This document shows, piece after piece, positions 10,498 to 21,962 of a DNA stretch of 40,593 nucleotides. A program made the position numbers and the translations under genes. Under the pieces are notes generated by a model. That model was not told the origin of the DNA. It did no database searches and saw only the letters and a program-made list of their open reading frames with translations. The stretch's first letter is position 1. Each line of letters starts with the position of its first letter. Source of the DNA: Octopus bimaculoides (lineage: Eukaryota); NCBI RefSeq assembly GCF_001194135.2, contig NC_069005.1:20654592-20695184 (forward strand), given 5' to 3'.

Positions 10498-10578
10498 TCA
10501 TTCTATCTTGCTGTTCTCTATTTGTTTCGTACTCGGAATATAAACTTTAAAGGAGAAATTTGACCGTGAAAAGGATCC
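10498..10578 (-). CDS. POLE2: POLE2 exon 15 (last coding), GSFSRSNFSFKVYIPSTKQIENSKIE*
   Basis: attttcag acceptor, TGA at 10500-10498; matches 'GSF.RS.FSFKV'. Exon sum 1569 nt = 522 aa + stop. Confidence 0.95.
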   Translation of the reverse strand, partial: GSFSRSNFSFKVYIPSTKQIENSKIE

Positions 10579-10679
10579 CTGAAAATATAATTAAAAACAA
10601 TCAATAAGTTGAAAATATGAAACATACAATTAATTCTGATTTCAAATTTTGACACAAGCCAACAATTTTAGGGAAGCGG

Positions 10680-10823
10680 GGTACCTAACTGGTACTTTTT
10701 TTTATCGACCCAAAGAAGATGAAAGGCAGACAGGACCTTGGCGGAATTTGAACTCAGAACGTGAAGATGGACAAAATAGTGCTAAACATTTTGCCCAGAG
10801 TGCTAATGACTGTTAGCTCACCA
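10680..10823 (-). mobile_element. tRNA-derived SINE (second family)
   Basis: Reverse complement of the GAGCT..TTAGCAC..GTTCTGAGTTCAAATTCCGCC family also at about 24445-24595 and 24878-25050. Confidence 0.7.
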
Positions 10824-11279
10824 CCATAAACATTAATTTTGACATGCCAAATAGGAACAAGTGTGGTTAAGAAGTTTACTTTTCAACCACATGCTTTCAG
10901 TTTCAGTCCCACTGTGCAACATGTTGGGCAAGTGTCCTTTACCCTTGCCTCAAGCAAAGGTTTCCGAGTGGATATGGTAGATGGAAACTTAAAGAAGCCC
11001 ATTCATAAAGAACATGTCTGACCATAGGAAAATACTACCTTGCTTGAAAACTGGAGATGGTTGCCTCAACAAATTCAGTGGGACCCAAGGAATCATGGAA
11101 AAGTGGATATTAAAAGAATGATGATGATATACAATGGAAATTATGACTAATGAATAAATATTGTCTTAATCATGGGTTTTTTCATTTTTAATTAAGATCT
11201 AAAAATCAGCCATTAACTTTACACCAACCTGATACCTATGTATGTATGTATGTATGTATGTATGTGTATATCAGATACA

Positions 11280-11448
11280 CACACATACAATGGGCTTCTT
11301 TCGGTTCCCATCTACCAAATCAACTCACAAGGCTTTGGTTGGTCTGAGGCTATAAGAAAAGGCACTTGCCCAAGGTGCCATGCAATGGGACTAAACCCAG
11401 GACCACGTGGTTAGGAACGAAGCTTCCAACCACGCAGCCACACCTGCA
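11280..11448 (-). mobile_element. tRNA-derived SINE head, inverted
   Basis: Reverse complement of the 8342/36376 SINE 5' half. Confidence 0.75.
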
Positions 11449-12304
11449 CTATATGCACAAACATTTTCTGTTATGATATGCATGTTTTCCTAAAAAAAAA
11501 CAAAAAAACAAATTTGTCCTCAAATACTTTATGTAACCTCTGTGTGTGTGTGTTTGAGTCATGGACTCTCCCATGATGTACAAGGCTTTGGCAATATCTT
11601 GTCAAACAACCATACAGATGATTTGTTTATAGTGATCAAATGCTTGTGTTCACACAAGCTCACTCCCTCCATCATATGGACATTACCTGTACAGGTGCAC
11701 CATGTGCCACATGACGAAATGATCGCAGAGCAAAATGAAATGAGGTGCTTTGCTCAAGAATACAATGCAACACCTGGTCTGGGAATTGAACCCACAATCT
11801 CGCAATATATATAAGGTATAAATAATGGTCATTACATATTTTTACTGTAGTAAATTTGACTTACAGCCGTTTCCAGTAATCATTATAGTTACGTTATAAA
11901 TAGATTTGTTCAATCAGTCCACTGATTGGTTGGGAGATATTGAACAACCTAAAAAATTAATACTACTTTTGTCCGAGTCATTTCTGGTTATCTGATCAAA
12001 TGATTTTCCTTCATTTTGCTGACATGAATTGACCTCTCCTCATCACATGAGATTTCTACCAGATGTTTTTGTGGACAACCTATCAATAACAAACCTATGG
12101 TGACTACTGGAAACAGCTGTATGTCAAACTTACTGCAATAAAGGAAAATTATGTAATGACCATTATTTCAAACTTGTCTTGTATATCACTGTGTAAAAGA
12201 CCAGTATAACCAGAGCACAACCACAGATTTACAATATAGAATGGTGATGAACTATAACCTCGGACCCTGCCACAAGAATACAGAGTTCTTTACAATATTG
12301 TTAG

Positions 12305-12672
12305 TTGTTGGCACTCCGTCGCTTACGATGTCGAGAGTTCCAGTTGATCCGATCGTGAAATTAACGTACAAGTGGCTGAGCACTCCACAGACACGTGTAC
12401 CCTTAACGTAGTTCTCGGGGATATTCAGCGTGACACAGTGTTACAAGGTTGACCCTTTGAATTACAGGTACAACAGAAACAGGAAGAAAGAGTGAGAGAA
12501 AGTTGGGGTGAAAGAGTACAGCAGGGTTCACCACTGTCCCCTGCCGGAGCCTCGTGGAGCTTTAGGTGTTTTCGCTCAATAAACACTCACAATGCCCGGT
12601 CTAGGAATCGAAACCGCGATCCTATGACTGCAAGTCCGCTGCCTTAACCACTGGGCCATTGCGCCTCCACTC
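12305..12672 (-). mobile_element. Young tRNA-derived SINE (third family) with ~13-bp target-site duplication
   Basis: Head GGCGCAATGGCCCAGTGG (A box), GGTTTCGATTCC (B box); CpGs intact; ACAATATTGTTAG at 12292-12304 and 12673-12685. Confidence 0.85.
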
Positions 12673-12832
12673 ACAATATTGTTAGCTTGGTGTACTAACA
12701 GAGAGCTTATAAAGTATTTTGATAATTCCTCACTAATAACTCACGTGTGTTTGCATGTGTGTGTATGTATAAGGTGGAAAGCCTGTGAGATAACTACACA
12801 ACAAAACAAAAAACTGTTAATGTGTTACTTAC

Positions 12833-13009
12833 AGGATTTGTTATGATGCAGTCAAGAGAATTTACTGTGAAACCATCATATTTGCCAGCGCATACAAGTA
12901 AATCTGGCAAGGGATAGAGCTGCAAGCCACAGTCATAGGCCCAATAAACTGGACATACATGAAGTGGTAGTGGACAGAGGTGACCCTGGGACACTATAGT
13001 TTTAGCAAA
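12833..13009 (-). CDS. POLE2: POLE2 exon 14, [59 protein letters not shown]
   Basis: gattttcag acceptor, GTAAGT donor, 177 nt; signature '[18 protein letters not shown]'. Confidence 0.97.
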
Positions 13010-13299
13010 CTGAAAATCAAGAAAGAAACAATGGTCAGAAATCAGATTATGTATTTACATACGAAGGAAGGAATGTCTCAAGAAATTCTGTCCAACTCAA
13101 ACTTGAAAAAAATGGACATAAAAACTATTATAAAGCTGATTATTATAAAACTATTATAAAGCTGATTATGCAAACACAATAAGACTGAATCAACATCATC
13201 ATCATCATTTTACTTCTACTTTTACATGCTTGTATGAACAGAGTTTACTGCAGCAAATTTTCTATGTCCAGATACCCTGCCTGTTGCCAAGCTATTTCA

Positions 13300-13656
13300 T
13301 TCTGTTTTACTTTTATGGTACACCTATCTTATGTGCATTAAGTTCAACTGATAGATAATTCAGTAATTTGTACAATTCTTCTATATTAAAATTTTGTTGT
13401 AAGCTCATTTTCTATGCTGGTGTTTAAACAAAATTTAAATAATTTTACATTTTGATCAATTTACCTGTAATGAGGTAAAAATTATGAAAAAGACTTGCTT
13501 AAGAGCCTTTTATTAAATTGTGTTTAAAAACAATCACATTTGTATGTTGACAGCTACAAAAGTTAGAGTTGTTTTATTAAACCAGTCTAAATTCACGATT
13601 ATTTAAATGAAACACATAAGGGGTATATTTTGGTTAGAAATATAGTAATGAAAGGG
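13300..13656 (+). mobile_element. Older, degraded right end of the same piggyBac family as 2893-3307 and 27959-29628
   Basis: TTTATGGTACACCT...GGTTAGAAATATAGTAATGAAAGGG|TCAA. Confidence 0.75.
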
Positions 13657-13822
13657 TCAAGAGAACCCTTCACTCCACACAGCCCAAAAAATGGCACATA
13701 GTAAAATTGCATCAACTTAAAGAGTTAGTGCTTTCCTTTATTTTAGATGCCATTTACAAATCAATTCCAATTATAGTCAGCAGAAATGAAGAATAAAAAG
13801 AAGATATGACAGAAATACTTAC

Positions 13823-14006
13823 ATGAGTAGGCACATCGCCAGAGGTAGGAAATCTGATACAACTGCGACAAAGCTTGGTAACAATATCTTCTCGAAAGAC
13901 AACAATCTCTTGTGTACAATATTGGATCCGACAAGGATTGCTGGTGAATATTGCATGAGGGATTTTCTTCCGGAAATATTCTGTGATAGAGTTGGGAATG
14001 GCAGGT
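13823..14006 (-). CDS. POLE2: POLE2 exon 13, PAIPNSITEYFRKKIPHAIFTSNPCRIQYCTQEIVVFREDIVTKLCRSCIRFPTSGDVPTH
   Basis: gatttgcag acceptor, GTAAGT donor, 184 nt; signature 'NPCRIQYCTQEI.VFRED'. Confidence 0.97.
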
Positions 14007-14054
14007 CTGCAAATCAAAGGCAAAGAAATGTAAAAGATTCCATAATGACACAGG

Positions 14055-14395
14055 TTGTGTGGTTAAGAAGCTCACTTTACAAGTATATGGTTGTGGGTTC
14101 AGTCTCACTGTGCAGCATCTTGGGTAAGTGCGTTCTACTAACCCTCAGGTAGGCTAATGCCTTGTGAGTGAATGTGGCAGGCAGAAACTGTATGGAAGCC
14201 TACTGTCACTTGATAACCAGTGTTGGTTTGTTTACATCCCTGTAACATTAGCAGTGTAGCAAGAGGCTAATAGTATGAGTAACAGACTTAGAAATACGTA
14301 TTGTATTCAATTTGCTTGACTAAACACTTCAAGTAGTACCCCAGCATGGTCACAGTCCAATGACCAAAACAAGTAAAAGATAAAAACAAAAAGAA
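14055..14395 (+). mobile_element. tRNA-derived SINE (degenerate)
   Basis: GGTTGTGTGGTTAAGAAG..GGGTTCAGTCTCACTG head and CCCAGCATGGTCACAG..AAGTAAAAGATAAA tail. Confidence 0.7.
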
Positions 14396-14729
14396 AATGA
14401 TAAAAAAAAGAAAGAGAAAAGTTTATTAAACACGGATGTAAGGTATGGTGATACGGCTAAGAAATTCACTTCTCAACCAAGTGGTTCTATGTTTGATCCC
14501 ACTGTGGAGTACCTTGAGTGCTTTCTGCCATAACCTTAGGTGGACTGATATTTTGTGGAATAGAATTTGGTAGAAGGAAGCAATGCAAAAGCCTGTTGCC
14601 TGTGTGTATCAATGTGTTAGAAACATTATGTATTGTTCAGCACCAGGTGGAACATGTGGTCAAACAAAAGCATTGCAGCCACAACCATCACTTCACAGGA
14701 ATACTTCCAACATATATGCCATTATTTAA

Positions 14730-14906
14730 CCCTTTAGCATCTAAACTAGCCATATCCAGTTAAAAAATCTATCCTATGTACAAACTGGCCAGATCCAGCC
14801 TCTCACACCTACCCTACAATGCCATTCCAAAAATAATCACATCACTGAAATTTCAAAGAGACGAGATAAGTATTACATTTGATAAAGTAATCTGAATGCT
14901 AAAATG
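14730..14906 (+). mobile_element. piggyBac-type MITE (~180-210 bp family)
   Basis: TTAA|CCCTTTAGCAT...AATGCTAAAATG|TTAA; same-orientation relatives at 15249-15435, 15907-16120, 16262-16467. Confidence 0.8.
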
Positions 14907-15701
14907 TTAAAACAATACAGGTGTGGTTTGAAAGAAATTTAGCTTCATTTTCTAAAAGGTTGTCCTCATCACCATTTAACGTCCACCTTCCATGCTGGCA
15001 TGGGTTGGACAGTTTGACCGGAACTGACCAGGCAGGAGCCTGCACCAGACTTGTGTGTCTGTTTTTACAGCTGGATGTCCTTCCTTTACAGTGTGGACTG
15101 GATTACTTTATGTAGCATCAACATGCATGCTTGAAAATGAAGAAAATTTATTTAATCAACTGATGTTGGTGTTTTCTAACCTTTTTTTCAAGTAGTACCC
15201 CTGTATGGCTTTGAATATCAAATTATTTTAGTGTTTCTTGTGTTTTAACCATTTAAACCAACCATATCCGGCCCAAATATTCTACTTGTTTTATGTTCAA
15301 ACTGCCAAGATCTGGCCTCTTACACCTACCCTATAATGTCATTGTAAAAATATACAATCACATCATCAAAATCTCAAAACAATGAGATAATGCATAATTA
15401 ATTCAAAATGACGTCAATAAATAAGCATCATATTATGAATATAAGTTACTCATAAACGATGTAAATAAATAAGAAATTGCATTTGATAGCAGCTTATTTC
15501 TTCACATCATTATGTGAATGGTAATAAGAAACTATGCAATTTCTGTCAAATTGCATGACAGAATAATCTGATACTCTATTGTGAATCAATGCTAAGAGTC
15601 AATGATGGGACATTGCTACACAAATTCTATGATGTGTGAAGCTATGTGGCACATTTTTCACAGTATATGGTGTCATTTGATAGAAAGTATGTGATACTTA
15701 C

Positions 15702-15816
15702 CGAGGGAGTATGTTCGTAGGTCCTGGGTCCAATGGACCTGGGACAAATATGAACCTACAACAGTCCTTAAGATTCTGGTATTTACAGATTATATCACAC
15801 AATTCAATAAATGATT
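15702..15816 (-). CDS. POLE2: POLE2 exon 12, (E)SFIELCDIICKYQNLKDCCRFIFVPGPLDPGPTNILP(R)
   Basis: ttttttcag acceptor, GTAAGT donor, 115 nt; signature 'RF.FVPGP.DPG...ILPR'. Confidence 0.95.
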
Positions 15817-15906
15817 CTGAAAAAACAATACAAGATATATTTTTATTATTATTATTGATAATATAATGGAGTGGTGGTAAAAGAGCAAACAGTTGTATTT
15901 CATTAT

Positions 15907-16120
15907 CCTTTTAGCATTCAAACTGACCATATCCAGCCCAAATGTTCTGCTTTATATTCTAACCAACCATATATGGCCTCTCACATCTATCCTACAATAA
16001 TATTCTAAAAATAAAACAATCACATCATTGAAATCTCAAGGCTATGAGATAATGCATGATTAATTCAAAATAATATGAATCTACAAATATATTTGAAAGA
16101 ATCATCTGAATGCTAAAGGG
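15907..16120 (+). mobile_element. piggyBac-type MITE copy
   Basis: CCTTTTAGCATTCAAAC...TGAATGCTAAAGGG termini; body shared with 14730 copy. Confidence 0.8.
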
Positions 16121-17475
16121 TTATATTTATCTTGAGTTCAAATCCTGCTATGATCAAATATACAGCCAAAATATTCTACCAGCTTTGTGTTCATATTAAC
16201 CAGATCCAGACTATCACACCTACCCTTGCCATGATCAAATTTACTTTCATTCATCACCATCAACTTTTTAACATTTAAATAGGCCATTTCTGGCCAAAAT
16301 AATCCGATCAGCCAAATCCAGCCTCTCACACTTATCTGACAATGTGATTCTAAAAATATACAATCACATCACTGAAATCTCAAAGTTACGAGATAAAGCA
16401 TGATTAATTCAAAACAATGTAAGTGAATAAGTATTACATTTGACGAAGTAATCTAAATGCTAAAGGATTAAGTAAGCTTGTTGCCACTTTAAGATTCGCT
16501 GATGAGGTCTAATAAGATAGAAACATGTCAGCAAGTGAATTTCTTAACCACTTGTTGTCCAATTTAGACATGTATTTATCTATTATATGTATATATGTAA
16601 GAAGTAAAAGAGATAAGTCCAGGCAGATATGTATAAAGCACTTAGTGTTAAACCAATTTGGTTAACTATATCAGGCAACTGGACACCGATAAATGCAAGT
16701 AGAATAAACATCCAAGGTAATTCCTCATGAACGACAAGGAAATCCAAACACACAGCTCTCTTTATATATTTCATGTTATGCTTAAAAGTAATGTATGTTA
16801 CCAGAATTGTCTGGCTTGAGTAGAACAAACCACTCCAAATCCTTTTTAGAGTATTCATGTAAATGAAGGACTGATCAGCCCATACTGGCATAGAGTCATA
16901 TAACAATAAAGCCAGGCCAAGTAATGATATTTTGAATGCATTTAATACATAGATATTATACACATTATGCAATAGGTAAAAAGGAATTCCTTATTTACAC
17001 AATATATTTCTGAGTTAAGACATTTCAAAATATAAACAGTACGATAGAATTTGCCTTTTATATATGGTCTTCAACAGTTTAAATCATCTATTAGTTGAGG
17101 GGAGGATGTAGCCAGAAGGGGTGAAATATCTATAGAAAGGGAGTGATATGTAGACATGAGATAAAAAGAAACATGAGGTGAAACTAAATCAGAGAAGAAA
17201 ATAAGAATAAGGATTAACAAAATAAAATAGAAACATTGAAAGCATGGAATTTTTAAAAGAAAAGCCTTAAACTGAAGATATGTAAGAGATGAATTCCCTT
17301 TTTATCTATTGCATAATGATCTGAAACATACATATTAAATGTATTCAAAATATCATTCCTTGATTTGACTATTATTATACATACATAGAAAGATATATAT
17401 TTCAATCAACAATCAGTGTTCATGTATTAGCATATCTGTGCCACAGATGCAAGGCTGAAAAAGACTATATATTAC

Positions 17476-17596
17476 CTCGAAGTATTTTGGTGTGATTGGC
17501 CTGGTGACACAGCGACGTGAAGTTACCACAAAAAACAAATGCAACAGGGGGGTGTTCAGAATAACCACTAAACAACACCTTTAATTTGTCAACCAC
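17476..17596 (-). CDS. POLE2: POLE2 exon 11, VVDKLKVLFSGYSEHPPVAFVFCGNFTSLCHQANHTKILR
   Basis: ttttag acceptor, GTAATA donor, 121 nt; signature 'PP..F..CGNF'. Confidence 0.95.
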
Positions 17597-18089
17597 CTAA
17601 AAGACAAAAATAAATAAATAACAATTTCTAACATAAGTACAAGGATCTAAATTTTGGAGGTACGGATATAAACAATTAGACTAACACCAGAATAGGATTG
17701 CTCTTTTAGTAAATCACAACAGCATTTCACTTCAGAAAGGAAGTGAATGCAACAATTTAGCCCACTACTTTATTAATTTGTCAATACAGTTAATTCTGTC
17801 ATTCTTCCTGTAACATTTTATTTTTTATCTTTTACTTATTTCAGTCATTGGACTGCAGCCTTGTGCAGGCATCATCATCAAAGGTTTAGCAGAAAGAAAC
17901 GGCCACACTACTTATTGTCCTTAAGGTCATTATTAATTTAGTCTCTTTTGCCAATCGGATAAGATACGGGAATATAAACAAACCAACACCAGTTGTCAAG
18001 TGGTGGTACAACAAACACACAAATACCCATGTACATATATACAAATACAATGTGATGCAGATGGATGAGGACAGTTTATAAAAGTACCA

Positions 18090-18440
18090 ATCGCTTAAAG
18101 TGAAAGCAAGTTGTGGAAGATGGAGACCCAAGAAGACATGGAACGAAGTACTGAAGGCCAATTTCTAAATGAACTTTACAAAGGAGATAACAGAGGACCA
18201 AGATACCTGGTGCAATGCTGTACTCAAGAAGACCTGCCAACCACAACAGAATTGAGATCCTAAAACCAAGACGCCACATAGAAAGCACAGGTGCTGGTGT
18301 CACATATTAGGAAGAGCATCCAGCCATAGAAAACAAACTAAAACAGAGTATGGAACCTGGTGTGGCCCCTGGCCATACCAGTTCCTGTCGAGCTGTCCAA
18401 TTCATGCCAGCATGGAAAACAGGTATTAAATGATAATGAT
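18090..18440 (+). mobile_element. RTE LINE 3' end fragment
   Basis: Decayed 'CGR.RPKKTW.EV' coding tail followed by CCAGCATGGAAAAC..TAAATGATAATGATGAT tail. Confidence 0.65.
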
Positions 18441-18544
18441 GATGTATATATTGCATAGAGTCAAAAGTTGTGCAACATTTTGGTAACGTATTTACTTTCT
18501 TTGTTAAGTTACAACAAAAGCAACTTAGCATTCAAAGTAGAGTG

Positions 18545-18650
18545 TTGCACCATCTGAAGCCATCTTTCTGCCAGAACTTTGATCTCATTCTGATGCCAGT
18601 TCTTGTTCAAGGTGAAGAACTCCACCACTGCTGCTTCCACTGAAAAGCAT
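18545..18650 (-). mobile_element. mariner transposase C-terminal fragment
   Basis: Minus strand VEAAVVEFFTLNKNWHQNEIKVLAERWLQMVQH resembles the mariner 'FF.SK...Y..GI..L..RW' tail. Confidence 0.6.
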
Positions 18651-19266
18651 TATTAAAGAGGACAGACTTAAATACCATTGGTTTCCACATCAATTTCACA
18701 ACTTGACTAAAATTTATATATTCCAAAGATCAGCCCTTCACTCTAGCACCTTTAACCAGGTGGCACCATCATCATTTTCACATCCACACAAGGGTTTGAT
18801 AGAATATACTAAGGCAAATTTCATATGGCCAAATGCCATCCTGTTGCCAACCCTGATATGTTTCTGAGGAAAGTAATATTTCCCCATAACCAGACATGTT
18901 TTCATTGAAGATTGGAAACAAAGGACACTGCTTGTATGACAGTGACACTCATTTACAACTATCACGTGAAGTCAAGACAAGGAGACAGTCACACACATAA
19001 TATACACATACACAATGGTATTCTTTCAATTTCCACCTACCAAATCTATTCACAAGGCTTTGAATAGCCCAGGGCTATAACAGACACTTGTCCAAGGTGT
19101 CATGCAGTGGGACTGAACCTAAAACCATGTGGTCGAAAAGCAAACTGTTACCATATAACTACACCTGCAAATTTTAAAAAGTAAACCAAAGAGAGTCTTT
19201 ATGGGATTGCTAACCTTGCAAGAAATAGCATCCAAATTTTCCTTCAAATCACAATCTTATCGTTAA

Positions 19267-19450
19267 CCCTTTAGCACTGAGATTACTCTGTCAAATGTTA
19301 TATCTATTCATTCACATTGTTGTGAATTAATCATGCATTTTGGTGGTGTGATTGTTTCATTTTCAGAATGCTGTGAGAGGCTGGACCATGCAAGTCAGAG
19401 CATAAAACAGAATACACGGGCTGAATTTGGATGATTTGAATGCTGAAGGG
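19267..19450 (-). mobile_element. piggyBac-type MITE, inverted relative to the 14.7-16.5 kb copies
   Basis: TTAA|CCCTTTAGCACTGAGATTACTCTGTCAAATG...AATGCTGAAGGG|TTAA; begins with the reverse complement of the other copies' 3' end. Confidence 0.8.
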
Positions 19451-19633
19451 TTAAAAAGATGACACACTGAAATGCTTTTTATTTCATATATATATATGTA
19501 TATATCTATATATATTTCAGTGAGAATGGTTTTGTTATACAGCACCGTATTTTACAATCCTGTAAATAATAATAAAGATATTTTTATATAAGCTTAGAGT
19601 TTATGGCGTTCACTGTTGGGGTTGTATACTTAC

Positions 19634-19775
19634 TTTGGGCTCATCTAACCAAACGTCAGACAGAAAGACAAACATGGACTCTTGATTTTCAACTTCAAGG
19701 TGACGCAGTTTGTCTGAAGCCTTAGCACAAGTTTTGAGAGGACCTCCAAAGAAGTTAATGTTGCCAAAATAGGAC
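19634..19775 (-). CDS. POLE2: POLE2 exon 10, [47 protein letters not shown]
   Basis: ccttgcag acceptor, GTAAGT donor, 142 nt; signature '[11 protein letters not shown]'. Confidence 0.97.
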
Positions 19776-20059
19776 CTGCAAGGTCAGAAGGTCAGAGTAT
19801 GAAAGAAATGGAAAGGGTGGGGAGGAGAAAAAGAAAAACATTACACAGGTTATAATGCCGCAATAGGTATTTCGTCATACTGCAGCAGTCCTACAAATAA
19901 AGAAAGGCATTTCTTTGAAACACAGAGGTGTGGAAATGTGATTCAGAAACTTGCCACCCAACAATCTGGTCCGAGTTTCAGTCCAACTAGACCCAGGTTG
20001 ACCAAAGCATTGTGAATGAATTTAGTAGACACAAACTTAGAGAAACTTGACACACACAT

Positions 20060-20223
20060 ACATGGCTGTGTGATAAGAAGCTTGCTTCCCAACCACATGA
20101 CACCAGGTTCAGTCCCACTGCATGGCACCTGGAGCAAGTGTCTTCTAATATAACCTTGGGTTGACTAAAGCCTTGTGAGTGGATTTGGTAGACGGAAACT
20201 GAAAGAAGCCCATCGTGTGTGTT

Positions 20224-20269
<46 letters not shown>

Positions 20270-20430
20270 TNNNNNNNNNNGTTTATGTTCCCCTAACATA
20301 GCGGTTCGGCAAAATAAACCGATAGAATAAGTACTAGGCTTACAAAGAATAAGTCCTGGGAGTCGATTCGCTCGACTAAAGGCGGTGCTCCAGCATGGCC
20401 ACAGTCAAATGACTGAAACAAGTAAAAGAT
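20060..20430 (+). mobile_element. tRNA-derived SINE with (GT)n middle
   Basis: CATGGCTGTGTG..GGTTCAGTCCCACTG head; GGCGGTGCTCCAGCATGGCC tail; 10-N gap inside. Confidence 0.85.
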
Positions 20431-21139
20431 ATATATATCTATATATATATATACATATATATGTTAAGAGGGTAAAGACCCCCTTCAGTCATGAATGACC
20501 CTAGGATTGTACCTAGAAATGGCACCCTGTGAAGCACAAGTCCAGGCAAGGTTGTTTATGGAAGACCAGCAGTCGCCCATGCATGCCAGCCTCCCCTCCG
20601 CACACCACCAGTGTTATCCAAGTGAAAAGCAAAGGCTAATACAGCTTTGCACCAGGGGTGACGTCACAACTCATTTCTATAGATACATGAACTGGGACAA
20701 AGTGAAATAAAGTGTCTTGCTCAAGAACACAACATACAGCTCAGTCCAAGAACCAAACTCACTGTGTGTGTCTGTCTGTCTGTCTCCCACCACTACTTGG
20801 CAACCAGTGTTGGTGTGTTTACATCCCTAGAACCTAGCAGACTGGCAAAAGAGAACAATAGAATAAGTACCAGTCTTAAAAAAAGTACCGGGGTTGATTC
20901 ATTCGACTAATAACTCTCCAAGGTGGTGCCCCGGCATGGCCGCAGTCTCACGACTTAAACAAGTAAAAGATAAAGTGATATGCATGTGTGTGTAGCCTAG
21001 TCTTGACATCATGTGATGGTTGTAAACAAACCTCAGTCTTACAAGTGGTATCTTTCAAGAACACCATGTCAGGCCATGGAGAAAGGTCACTTTATTTGGA
21101 AACTGTTAGGTGGGAAGTAGCATGTGGCTGGACACATCA

Positions 21140-21510
21140 TATCTTTTACTTGTTTCAGTCATTAGACTACGGCCATGCTAGAGCACCACTTTGAAGAATT
21201 TTTAGTCAAATGAATCGACCCCAGTATTTTTTTTCTAAAGCCTGGTACTTATTTTATTGGTCTCTTTTACTAAACCAATAAGTTACAGGGATGTAAACAC
21301 ACCAACCTAGGTTGTCAAGTGGTGGTGGGAGGGGACAAACACAGACAGAAAGACACAAAACAGATTTCTTTCAGTTTCCGTCTACCAAATCCACTGACAA
21401 GGTTTTGGTCTGCCCAAAGCTACAGAAGACACTTGCCCAAGGTGCCACACAGGACTGAACTCCAAACCATGTGGTTGGGAAACATGCTTCTTACCACACA
21501 GCCATACCTG
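21140..21510 (-). mobile_element. tRNA-derived SINE, inverted
   Basis: Reverse complement of the 20060/36376 family across head and tail. Confidence 0.8.
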
Positions 21511-21840
21511 TGCCTGCACTTAGGATTACATTCTTTACCTCATTATACATCAATATATCTCATTGTAATGCAGTATATTGTGGAGGCATGGTTTGTCCCT
21601 CAATTACTACAAAAAAAAAAAGAAAAAAAATTGTGCAGGATGCATCAATGCAGTATTGTAATGCACCACAAATTCCCATTGCATCAACACCATAAGACAT
21701 CATTGTACTGGGCACTGTGGCACAATCCAAAAGCATTAAGGAAAACTACCAACACCATGTAGTTTCAGCAACACTTCACACTGCAGTGTGGCATATACCT
21801 GCAATTATTGACCAAACAAAAATGTTATAAAGTGATTTAC

Positions 21841-21962
21841 CTGGTAACAGAGGCAGGTTCAGGTGGTGGGAAGCCAAATGCCGTCACATGGAAGATGCTG
21901 TCTTCATACCAACCTTCAGCTAGTACAAAGCAGTTTTCAGTGAAAAGTCCAGTATGGAAACT
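21841..21962 (-). CDS. POLE2: POLE2 exon 9, [40 protein letters not shown](R)
   Basis: AC acceptor, AG|GTAAAT donor, 122 nt; near-identical to '[17 protein letters not shown]'. Confidence 0.95.

Noticed and set aside
12590-12670. tRNA gene
   Set aside because: It has A and B boxes but no complete cloverleaf or terminator, and it continues into a SINE body flanked by a TSD.
12880-12895. AGKYD instead of the recalled human ADKYD in exon 14
   Set aside because: A single substitution compared with a sequence from memory; its significance cannot be judged without an alignment.
15702-15755. Shorter exon 12 using the internal TAG|G acceptor at 15756
   Set aside because: It would drop 20 conserved codons and break phase with exon 11; the 15816 acceptor fits.
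16583-16972. 129-aa hydrophobic minus-strand ORF as a nested gene
   Set aside because: No splice or promoter support and no recognisable family; at most a faint resemblance to decayed LINE RT C-termini.
21841-21960. Canonical AG acceptor for exon 9
   Set aside because: No compatible GT donor at exon 8, and with the AT donor it shifts the frame; the U12 branch motif supports the AC two bases upstream.
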